This document shows positions 35,935 through 44,600 of a stretch of 47,728 nt of DNA, piece by piece. How positions within the stretch are numbered: position 1 is the first letter of the stretch; each line of letters starts with the position of its first letter. The stretch lies in assembly GCA_024407775.1 (NCBI GenBank), contig JAKSVV010000002.1:1-47728 (forward strand), given 5' to 3'. Both the position numbers and the translations under genes were made by a program. The notes below the pieces were generated by a model. That model saw nothing but the letters and a program-made list of their open reading frames with translations. It did not search any database and was not told the origin of the DNA. Source of the stretch: Clostridia bacterium. Its GTDB lineage: Bacteria; Bacillota; Clostridia; Lachnospirales; JAKSVV01.

Positions 35935-37383
35935 CTAGTTAATATTTTCTTTAAGCAAATTATATATTTTGTCACAAACTAAATTGCTAGCATTTATAAA
36001 TTCATCATAACTTTTTGCATTTGTAAAAATAGCAAATGGAATTTCAAATAGTACAATATCATCTAATTCGTATCTAGCTATTGCACTATCTTGATAGAAA
36101 GCATCAACAATTTCTTTTAACTCTTCATTATCATTTACTCCCATTGGGAATACGATAACTTGATACTTAGAATCATTATCCTTAGCAATTTTTATTATAT
36201 CATCTATTTTCTTATCGACAATCTTTTTTTGTTCATATTCCATCTCACCGCCTAGATAAGAGATTTCAAAATCTCTACTATAGTCAGATAAAATCATAAC
36301 ATTATTATTTTTATAATTTATAATTGAATCATTATCATATATTTTCTTTTTATTTTTAATTTTTATTTTAGAATTATTATCTTCATAAAATTTACTGATT
36401 ATATTTTTATAAATATAATTACTCCACATTTTTTCTATATCATAAACAACTCCTTTAACTCTGGAATCATTTTCATCAAAGCATGCTCTTCCTTTTGTTT
36501 TTAAAATATTAATAGATACCTTACGTAACATTTCATATTCTTTATAAACCATATTTGAAATTTTAGTATTAGCTTGTTTTGCTAATGAATCTGTTCCAAA
36601 CTCATCTATATTAGGAAATAAATTTTTAAGTTGTAAGATATGTTTTTGCGCATCTTTATATTTATTCATTAAACATGATAAAGTTTTTTTATTATTTTTT
36701 TCATAGAATAAATGTGTTTTTAAAATTAATTTATTAACCGCATTAAGAGGTGTATATTCTCTTGTAGTATAACAAACCTTACCCTGTATACTTTGATTTT
36801 TTATAACCTGTCTTGATACATCTATTCTTCCTTTAATTTTTGTATCGTTATGTTCAAACTCATTATATTGTCTAAACATACCTTTACGAATTGCATTATT
36901 TAAACAAGAAAAATAAGTAAATAAATTAATCGTTTTAAATGTTCTGTCAATCTTATTATGAATAACATCGAGTTCAGAAGTTTCTTCATCTTCATCATCT
37001 ATTTTTTCTTCAAATAATTTACCACTAAATCCGTAATAAGATTCAAACAACATATTTAAAAAATTTTCATTATAAAGTGATGTGAATCTAGTTTTGAGTA
37101 ATAAGTTATGTACTCTTTCATCAATGTATAAAGAAAAAATACCTAAATATTTTCCTAAATAATAATCTTCATTAATATTTCTAAAAATATTTAAATCAAA
37201 TTTATTCTTATATAAAAATTCTCCATCACAATTTATAATGTTATAATTATCATCATTAATTTTATCAGTTATATATTTAGCATAGCTAGAATTTTCTTTA
37301 CTAATAACACCATTATCACTTAAGATAACGATGTTACTATGCCCACTATTAATATTTATTTCTGTTCCTTCTAGCATGCTCAT
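35935..37383 (-). CDS. McrC-like partner protein (482 aa), nuclease motif non-canonical
   Basis: The core KGRIDVSRQVIKNQSIQGKVCYTTREYTPLNAVNKLILKTHL resembles the conserved McrC (McrBC family) block. C-terminal region contains DIEKMWSNYIY ... IYDNDSII ... VMILSDYSR ... YQVIVFP. Starts 7 nt after the McrB-like stop. Confidence 0.6.
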   Translation of the reverse strand: MSMLEGTEININSGHSNIVILSDNGVISKENSSYAKYITDKINDDNYNIINCDGEFLYKNKFDLNIFRNINEDYYLGKYLGIFSLYIDERVHNLLLKTRFTSLYNENFLNMLFESYYGFSGKLFEEKIDDEDEETSELDVIHNKIDRTFKTINLFTYFSCLNNAIRKGMFRQYNEFEHNDTKIKGRIDVSRQVIKNQSIQGKVCYTTREYTPLNAVNKLILKTHLFYEKNNKKTLSCLMNKYKDAQKHILQLKNLFPNIDEFGTDSLAKQANTKISNMVYKEYEMLRKVSINILKTKGRACFDENDSRVKGVVYDIEKMWSNYIYKNIISKFYEDNNSKIKIKNKKKIYDNDSIINYKNNNVMILSDYSRDFEISYLGGEMEYEQKKIVDKKIDDIIKIAKDNDSKYQVIVFPMGVNDNEELKEIVDAFYQDSAIARYELDDIVLFEIPFAIFTNAKSYDEFINASNLVCDKIYNLLKENIN

Positions 37384-37390
37384 AATAAAC

Positions 37391-39505
37391 CTACTTATTA
37401 ATTATTTTATTCCATAGTTTTGTTTTATCGATAGTACCATGATCTATCATTTCATTAAAGAACTTTTCGAATTCTTCTTTTTTGAATTTTTCATTAAACA
37501 TTGCATTAAAAAATACTGATGCATTTTTTATATTTTCTTCTAAGTTATTATCACTAAATTGTACTTCTATATCAAAAATCTTTTTTGCATTATCTATAAA
37601 GTTCATAACTTCAGTTTCATTTTCACCTCTTAGATATTCTCTAAGTAATGATTTAACTCTATAGTTCCAAACATAATCTTTAACTTGTGCTGGTCCTTCT
37701 GCTACCATGTTTGGATTAACATCACTAAATTGACCTTGTGATATATCATAGTGAGAATTTAATCCATATTGTTCTCCATGAATATGCAAATATTTATTTA
37801 ACATACATGTACTTGATGCTAAGCTTTTTGCTAAATCATATGAGAATTTAAATGAAGGCGATACAAATGCTGTCATTAAATTATCAAAGTCTACAAAGAA
37901 TTCTTCAAAGACAAATCTTCTTCTTAATGCAAAGTCCATACTTTCTACAGATCTGTCTATGTCATTCATTGTTCCGATAATAACAACGTTTTCTGGTATA
38001 AAGAATCCATCAACGAATACATCTTCAAATTTTGCAAGTTCTCTTTTTCTATCACAATCATATGTTATTAAATTTCTATATTGTGTTTGAACTAAATTAT
38101 TTGGTCCTCTTTTATCTTTTTCAAAACAATACATAAGTTCTCCAAGAACTTTCGAAAGGTCAGCACGGTTAATTTCATCAATGATAAAGAAATATTTTTT
38201 ATTTAAATCTTTATACTTCCATCTCAAACTCTTACCATCTTCCGCTGTTTCAAATAATGTTCCCGGTATAGTATTTGTTGAATCATCACTGTTAAGTAAT
38301 ATTGTAAGTTCTTCTGGATTATATATTTTTATATTACAATCAATATGTTGTTGCATAAACTTATCAATGTTACCATCAGCAATTTGTCCCCATGTAGTTT
38401 TTTCTATCAATCTTAATGAATCATCAGTAACTATATTTTTTAATTTCATTCTCATTTCATAATTTACTTTAGGTTCATTTAAATTACAATAGTCACCATC
38501 ATAACATGACTTAATTATTTTCTTTATATATCTATTATATGTTGATTCAAAAAATTCTTTGTTGCCTAATCTTGAATCAACACCATAAATGTCTTTAATA
38601 TTTTCTTCTTCAACCCATCTACAAAATTCTTTAAAAATACCATCAACTTTTCTGAATTCAACCACTTTATCTCTTGATTCCATTGGTCTTAATCCTTCAA
38701 CGAAATCTGTGTAATCGAATGATGTATGGAATTGTACTAGTTGATAATTCTTTCCTTTAATTGCACTTACTTCTTCTTTTTTTCCATAGTACTTTGCAAT
38801 TTCTTTAGCAAGATATGTCTTACCTGTTCCAGGAGCTCCAGTAAATATAATTTGTTTAACTCCATTATCAATTAATGATTGAACTTTTTCTTTATATGAA
38901 TTAAAACTTACATTTATATTTTCTAGATTTACTGTAGCAGTTTGCTTACTACTTTCATTTTGCACTTCTTGTTTATGAATCCTAAGTGGACTAATTTCTT
39001 CGCTGACATTTTCATTTGGAATTTCAGTTTGTGTTTCAGGAATTAAATAGTCATCAAAATTAATTTCAAATAAAACATTTTGACCTTGCCACATACGAAG
39101 TGTGTTATAAAGTAAATCAACAAATGATACATCTTGATAACTCATTTGCATATAGTTATATGTACTTACACAAAAATCATATGCACTGTTATATACATTT
39201 TGATTGCATACAAATTTAATACAACATTTTTCTAACATATCATATAACTCAAAAGGAATATAATTTTGTGTGCTCATGCAAGATACTAATGTGTCAGATG
39301 AAATTTCTATTCCATTTAACATAAATATAAATGCATATTTAAGAGCATTTTCATACTTATGTTCGCTATCTAAATTATATTGAATTACATATGATTTTAT
39401 TTTAATAATATCATTTAAAGTAAGTAAATCATAACTTATAAATTCACCCGATACACTATTAAATGTATTTATTAATTCAATAAAATAATTACTTAATACG
39501 TTCAT
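37391..39505 (-). CDS. McrB-family AAA+ GTPase (704 aa) with unassigned N-terminal domain and large intra-AAA insertion
   Basis: Walker A GAPGTGKT (aa 223-230), FHTSFDYTDFVEGLRP, Walker B/McrB motif FFIIDEINRADLSKVLGEL (aa 439-457), IIGTMNDIDRS (NxxD) and ALRRRF. Confidence 0.8.
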   Translation of the reverse strand: MNVLSNYFIELINTFNSVSGEFISYDLLTLNDIIKIKSYVIQYNLDSEHKYENALKYAFIFMLNGIEISSDTLVSCMSTQNYIPFELYDMLEKCCIKFVCNQNVYNSAYDFCVSTYNYMQMSYQDVSFVDLLYNTLRMWQGQNVLFEINFDDYLIPETQTEIPNENVSEEISPLRIHKQEVQNESSKQTATVNLENINVSFNSYKEKVQSLIDNGVKQIIFTGAPGTGKTYLAKEIAKYYGKKEEVSAIKGKNYQLVQFHTSFDYTDFVEGLRPMESRDKVVEFRKVDGIFKEFCRWVEEENIKDIYGVDSRLGNKEFFESTYNRYIKKIIKSCYDGDYCNLNEPKVNYEMRMKLKNIVTDDSLRLIEKTTWGQIADGNIDKFMQQHIDCNIKIYNPEELTILLNSDDSTNTIPGTLFETAEDGKSLRWKYKDLNKKYFFIIDEINRADLSKVLGELMYCFEKDKRGPNNLVQTQYRNLITYDCDRKRELAKFEDVFVDGFFIPENVVIIGTMNDIDRSVESMDFALRRRFVFEEFFVDFDNLMTAFVSPSFKFSYDLAKSLASSTCMLNKYLHIHGEQYGLNSHYDISQGQFSDVNPNMVAEGPAQVKDYVWNYRVKSLLREYLRGENETEVMNFIDNAKKIFDIEVQFSDNNLEENIKNASVFFNAMFNEKFKKEEFEKFFNEMIDHGTIDKTKLWNKIINK

Positions 39506-39592
39506 ATACCCACCATAAAAATTTTTTTATTTCACTATTTTTGTTATCGTCATTATTTTTTTGATATTTACTAATATTTAATTATTTTTTCA

Positions 39593-39622
39593 TAAAAAAG
39601 ACGCCAATTATTTGGCGTCTTT
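39593..39622 (-). terminator. rho-independent terminator after the L,D-transpeptidase gene
   Basis: Stem AGACGCCAA / TTGGCGTCT with a TTAT loop. T-run on the minus strand. Confidence 0.85.
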
Positions 39623-39627
39623 AAAAG

Positions 39628-40371
39628 TTATTTAATTGTTATACCATATGATGCAGCAACATCAATATCACTTGATTCACTGTCACATATAATTACAGTT
39701 GTACCAACAGGCATGAACTCGAATATTTCTTCAACTTCTGCATTATGCATTCTTATGCAACCATGAGATGCATTTGTTCCAATTGAATCTTCTTCATTAG
39801 TTCCGTGAATACCATATTTAGATCCACCTGTACCAGGTACACTAAGTCCCATCCATCTCTGACCTAAAGGATTATCTTTACTACCAGATAATTTTCCTTT
39901 GTATGCAGGTTTTACAATTTTATTTACAATCTGAAATTGCCCCTGTGGTGATGGTGTTGATGCTTTACCTGTTGCACACTGAAGTTCTTTAAGAATTGTT
40001 CCGCCATAATAAATATCAAGTGAATTGTAATGAGGATTAATAATAATTAAATAATCCGACGAGTTATCACTCAATCCATTTGTATATGTTGGAACATATT
40101 CTTCAATGTAGTCTGCACTTACATATGCAATCTTGCCATTATAGTTAATCTTTGCCCAGCCATCAGAAATTGATATAGGATTAATCTTGCTGCCATAAGG
40201 CAATAAGCCAATCTTCTTAGAATCAAGGCTTGCGCCCACTCTAACATTTAAGTTAGAAGCTGTAACCTTATAAGTAGGATTAATTTCCTCTGCAGAGCAT
40301 GTCATAGCCATGCCAAAAAGCGTAGTAAATACAACCATTAGCGTTAAAAAAGTTACAATGAATTTTTTCAT
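39628..40371 (-). CDS. L,D-transpeptidase (YkuD) with N-terminal SH3b domain
   Basis: Signal peptide, SH3b-like YKVTASNLNVRVGASLDSKKIG...GWAKINYNGKIAYV, and YkuD catalytic motif YGIHGTNEEDSIGTNASHGCIRMHN. Confidence 0.88.
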   Translation of the reverse strand: MKKFIVTFLTLMVVFTTLFGMAMTCSAEEINPTYKVTASNLNVRVGASLDSKKIGLLPYGSKINPISISDGWAKINYNGKIAYVSADYIEEYVPTYTNGLSDNSSDYLIIINPHYNSLDIYYGGTILKELQCATGKASTPSPQGQFQIVNKIVKPAYKGKLSGSKDNPLGQRWMGLSVPGTGGSKYGIHGTNEEDSIGTNASHGCIRMHNAEVEEIFEFMPVGTTVIICDSESSDIDVAASYGITIK

Positions 40372-40481
40372 TTTTCTCCTCCAAAGCTTAGTGTGATTAT
40401 TTAATATTTCACAAAATGTTTAACCATGATTATATTACGAAGGTGGTTTTTTGTCAATAACTTAAATGATAAAAAAACTAC

Positions 40482-40510
40482 TAAAAAAGCACCCTTAAAG
40501 GGTGCTATAT
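40482..40510 (-). terminator. rho-independent terminator after ftsW
   Basis: Stem AGCACCCT / AGGGTGCT with a TAA loop. T-run on the minus strand. Confidence 0.85.
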
Positions 40511-40511
40511 T

Positions 40512-41786
40512 TTATTCTTGATATCTCGAAATATTTAATACTATTCCCATACCTGCAAGTAAAATTAAAAGTGTTGTTCCACCATAACTTATAAATGGTA
40601 AAGGCATACCTGTGTTAGGTATTACTCCAGTTACAACTCCTACATTAACTAATACTTGAAGTGAGATTAGTGATGTATATCCAATCGTAAAGAATTTTGC
40701 AAACTTATCTTGCGAGTTCATCGATATATTTACTAAATTGGTTATCAGTGAAATAAATAATATAATTATAAATATTGCACCAACAAGTCCAAACTCTTCG
40801 CATATGATTGGGAAAATCATATCATTATATGATTCAGGAATATATCCTAATTTTTGTTTACTCTTTCCTAGTCCAACTCCTGCAATTCCTCCACTACCTA
40901 TCGCATATAAACATTGAACAGTTTGATATCCTCCATCAAGTGGATCAGAGAATGGATCTAGCCAAGTTTCTAAACGTTGAAGACGTCTATTATATTTTCC
41001 ACCAGCTATATCCCAACTTTGAACTAAATCAATTCCACCAACTTTAATAAATAAAATTCCAACACCAAGTAAACATAGTAAAATTATCATCCATGTTTCA
41101 AGTTTGAATCCATCGATAAATAACATACATAGTCCAGTAAATAATACAACTGCTGCTGTTGATAAATTTTCAATTCCTATTAAAAGAGTTGGAATTGCAA
41201 TTACTATTAATTCTGCTCTATAACTATCAATTGACTTCCATAGTTTTTCATGGAATGATAGTTTATTTAAATCAACTTCATTTTTTCTTCCTGCAAGCAT
41301 TAACGCAAGGAGCAATATCATTGCAATTTTTGCAAGTTCTGATGGTTGGAACGATAATGGTCCAATTTCAAGCCATCTTTGAGCTCCACCAAAAGTATCA
41401 CCTTTAAATAATACTATGATAAGTAATATCATACTTACAAGATATATTCCAAACGCTACTACTTTTTTATATATTCTAAAGTTAATTTTACTAACAATAT
41501 ACATTACAATTATTCCGATAATAAAAAATAATAATTGTCTTTTGAAGAAATGTAATCCATCTCCATATTGTTGAATTGCTTTATAATAACTTGAACTTAA
41601 TATCATCATAAGTCCAATAACTGATAAACCAATAACCATTAAAAATGGAAACATTGAGAATTTACTTTTAGTAACAAAATCACCAAAAAGTAATCCACTT
41701 TTCTTTTTCTTTCTCACTTGTTTTCTTCTATTTGAATTTCGTTCATTTTCATAATTATCAGGAATGTTTTGCTCATAATAACTCAT
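40512..41786 (-). CDS. ftsW: SEDS family peptidoglycan polymerase FtsW/RodA/SpoVE
   Basis: About 10 TM segments. FQPSELAKI, and the C-terminal TGMPLPFISYGGT motif typical of SEDS proteins. Position in the dcw cluster supports FtsW. Confidence 0.85.
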   Translation of the reverse strand: MSYYEQNIPDNYENERNSNRRKQVRKKKKSGLLFGDFVTKSKFSMFPFLMVIGLSVIGLMMILSSSYYKAIQQYGDGLHFFKRQLLFFIIGIIVMYIVSKINFRIYKKVVAFGIYLVSMILLIIVLFKGDTFGGAQRWLEIGPLSFQPSELAKIAMILLLALMLAGRKNEVDLNKLSFHEKLWKSIDSYRAELIVIAIPTLLIGIENLSTAAVVLFTGLCMLFIDGFKLETWMIILLCLLGVGILFIKVGGIDLVQSWDIAGGKYNRRLQRLETWLDPFSDPLDGGYQTVQCLYAIGSGGIAGVGLGKSKQKLGYIPESYNDMIFPIICEEFGLVGAIFIIILFISLITNLVNISMNSQDKFAKFFTIGYTSLISLQVLVNVGVVTGVIPNTGMPLPFISYGGTTLLILLAGMGIVLNISRYQE

Positions 41787-41823
41787 TATAAGTTTTCTCC
41801 TATTTAAAATTTTCTACTATATA

Positions 41824-42789
41824 TTATAATGCTAAAAATCCTATTAGACAAGCAACCGCTGTTATTAAATAAAATACATCAACAACTGTTGTTTCCTTCC
41901 ATCCACATAATTCAAAATGGTGATGAATAGGTGCCATTTTAAATACTCTTTTACCTGTTAATTTAAAACTTGTAACTTGAATCATTACAGATAAGCTTTC
42001 ACTTACATAAATAATTCCTACTATTACTAAGAAGATAGGTAATTGTGTTACTAAAGTAAGTGATGCTAAAAATCCTCCTAGTGCTAATGATCCTGTATCA
42101 CCCATAAAAATTTTAGCAGGGTGTGCATTAAATATTAAAAATCCTAAAAGTGCTCCAATAACGCTACAACATAATGGTGCAAGTTCAGGGAACATTCTAT
42201 AACATACAACCGCAAAGAATGTTGAAACTAAAATTGTAACACCACTACATAATCCATCAAGACCATCTGTAAAGTTTACACTATTAGTTGTTCCAAGCAT
42301 TACACATAATGCAAATGGGATGTATAACCATCCTAAATTTAATTTAAATCCATCCATAAAAGGTATAACTGTTTCAAAGCTCATACCTTTTATTCCAAGA
42401 ATATACCATAAGAATAATCCTGTTACTATAAATAATCCAAGCATCTTTTGCCATGCTCTTAATCCTAAATTATTCTTCTTTTTAATTTTTAATATATCAT
42501 CTAAAAATCCAATAACAGCATAAGCAAGTGTTACTAAAACAATTGCTATTACATCTGTGTTGCCTTTTAAAAAAATTAATCCACCAATTGCTAATGCAAG
42601 TACAATAATTATTCCTCCCATAGTTGGTGTACCTGATTTTTTCTTATGACTTTCAAGTCCTTCTTCTCTTATATATTGTCCAAATTTTATTTTTCTTAAA
42701 ACAGGAATAAATATAGGCATTAATATTACGCATATACCAAATTCAATTCCTAATGTTATAAGACAAGTTTTTAATTCTTCTGTAAACAT
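41824..42789 (-). CDS. mraY: phospho-N-acetylmuramoyl-pentapeptide transferase
   Basis: ATG at 42789 after GGAG. HKKKSGTPTMGG, NSVNFTDGLDGL, MGDTGSLALGG and APIHHHFEL. Confidence 0.93.
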   Translation of the reverse strand: MFTEELKTCLITLGIEFGICVILMPIFIPVLRKIKFGQYIREEGLESHKKKSGTPTMGGIIIVLALAIGGLIFLKGNTDVIAIVLVTLAYAVIGFLDDILKIKKKNNLGLRAWQKMLGLFIVTGLFLWYILGIKGMSFETVIPFMDGFKLNLGWLYIPFALCVMLGTTNSVNFTDGLDGLCSGVTILVSTFFAVVCYRMFPELAPLCCSVIGALLGFLIFNAHPAKIFMGDTGSLALGGFLASLTLVTQLPIFLVIVGIIYVSESLSVMIQVTSFKLTGKRVFKMAPIHHHFELCGWKETTVVDVFYLITAVACLIGFLAL

Positions 42790-42844
42790 ATTTCTAACTC
42801 CAATCAAAATTAACTTAATAATTTTTATCACTAATAATCATACT

Positions 42845-44401
42845 TTATTTAATTAATTTTTCAACATTTTCAATATCACTAAAGTGTATTTTTTCTTTAC
42901 CTATAATTTGATAATCTTCATGTCCTTTACCAGCTAAAATAACAAAGTCACCTTCTTTTGCAATTTCAATTGCTTTCTTAGTTGCTTCATATCTATCTGA
43001 TATTTTAATATATTCTTTATTGAATTCTTTCATACCAACTTCAATATCTTCAATAATCATTTCAGGGTCTTCTGTTCTTGGATTATCGCTTGTAACAATA
43101 GCAACATCACTAAGTTCCATAACTATTCTTCCCATGATAGGTCTCTTTAATTTATCTCTATCTCCACCACATCCAAATACAGTTATAATTCTTCCTTTAA
43201 CAAAAGATTTAGCAGTATTTAAAATATTAACTAAACCATCTGGTGTATGAGCATAATCTACTGCAACACCAAATCCTTTTGGTGATGTAAATGTTTGAAA
43301 TCTACCTGTAATACCAGGAAGAGAAACTAAAACATTTTTAATATCTTCTAAATTAAATCCAAGTGATAATAATGTACCTGTTGCACTTAATGCATTATAT
43401 ACACTAAACATACCAGGTGTTCTAACTTTAATAGTTGTTTGTTCAACTTTTCCTTCATTATAATATGTAACTAAAAATTCACTTCCTGTTATATCAACAT
43501 TAACATTTGATGCTAATATAAATTTGCTACCATTATATTTTTTGTTTAATTCTTCTATCTTACTATTTGGATCATCACATATTCCATAAAGCATTGTTTC
43601 TTTATTTAATTTTAGACAACCATCAATATAGAAATTAGAATATTCAGTATCTAAATTTAAAACGCATTTTTTAGACTTAGTAAATAAAATAAATTTTGCA
43701 TCTCTATAGTTTTCCATTGTCTTATGATAATCTAAATGATCTTCAGTTAAGTTTGTATAAACACCAACTTCAAATTCTTCATCACATATTCTTTTTAATG
43801 ATAATGAGTGAGATGAAATTTCCATTACATTATATTCACATCCTTTTTCAAGCATATGTCTATATACTTTTTGAAGTGATGGTGTATCAGGTGTTGTATT
43901 TTTTGAAGTTTCAACTTCATCATCATAATGAATTTCCATTGTTCCAATTAAACCTGATTTCTTACCAAATGCTTGTAAACATTCAAATATTAATGATGTT
44001 GTTGTAGTCTTTCCATTTGTTCCTGTAACACCTACAAATTTTAATTCTTTTGCTGGGAAGTCATGTAATCTTTCAGCTGTTAATGCTAAAGCTTCATTTA
44101 CTTCATTTACTTTTACTAAACAAATTTTATTATCATTAATATAATTAAAATCTACATCATATTTATTTATTAATTCATCTTTTGTTTTATCAGTTACTAC
44201 TATTTTATAATTATTTTGACAAGCTTTATTAATATATTCATTTGCATCAGAATTTGCTCCATACGCTGCAAAGAAAATACTATTATTTCCTTCATGTCTT
44301 GAATCAAAACTTACTTCATTAATATCTATATCAATATCACTAAGCTTTGTATCAGATAATAATTCAATTTCATTTTCTTTAATTAAATTTTCAATCTTCA
44401 T
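42845..44401 (-). CDS. murE: UDP-N-acetylmuramoyl-L-alanyl-D-glutamate--2,6-diaminopimelate ligase
   Basis: Mur ligase P-loop GVTGTNGKTTT, and a DNPR motif (TSDNPRTEDP) associated with meso-DAP-adding MurE. Confidence 0.9.
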   Translation of the reverse strand: MKIENLIKENEIELLSDTKLSDIDIDINEVSFDSRHEGNNSIFFAAYGANSDANEYINKACQNNYKIVVTDKTKDELINKYDVDFNYINDNKICLVKVNEVNEALALTAERLHDFPAKELKFVGVTGTNGKTTTTSLIFECLQAFGKKSGLIGTMEIHYDDEVETSKNTTPDTPSLQKVYRHMLEKGCEYNVMEISSHSLSLKRICDEEFEVGVYTNLTEDHLDYHKTMENYRDAKFILFTKSKKCVLNLDTEYSNFYIDGCLKLNKETMLYGICDDPNSKIEELNKKYNGSKFILASNVNVDITGSEFLVTYYNEGKVEQTTIKVRTPGMFSVYNALSATGTLLSLGFNLEDIKNVLVSLPGITGRFQTFTSPKGFGVAVDYAHTPDGLVNILNTAKSFVKGRIITVFGCGGDRDKLKRPIMGRIVMELSDVAIVTSDNPRTEDPEMIIEDIEVGMKEFNKEYIKISDRYEATKKAIEIAKEGDFVILAGKGHEDYQIIGKEKIHFSDIENVEKLIK

Positions 44402-44532
44402 ACATACCTCTTCTATTATATAAAATATACTAATAATTTTAGCCTAAATAAAGCAAAAGTCAATTAAATATCGATGTATAAAACATTAATTTTTTGTTAA
44501 GAAAATTCAATATTTGTAACAATTTTAAGGAA

Positions 44533-44562
44533 TAAAAAAACGGGCTAAAATTAGTCCGTTTT
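44533..44562 (-). terminator. hairpin terminator between pbp and murE
   Basis: Stem ACGGGCTA / TAGTCCGT (one G-U pair). T-run on the minus strand. Confidence 0.65.
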
Positions 44563-44600
44563 GTATAATCAAATTACATTAATTTTTTAATTTATTTTTA

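Noticed and set aside
37482-38462. Plus-strand ORFs 37482..37664 and 38181..38462.
   Set aside because: They lie antisense inside the McrB-like gene, have a Ser/Phe/Leu-rich shadow composition and have no RBS.
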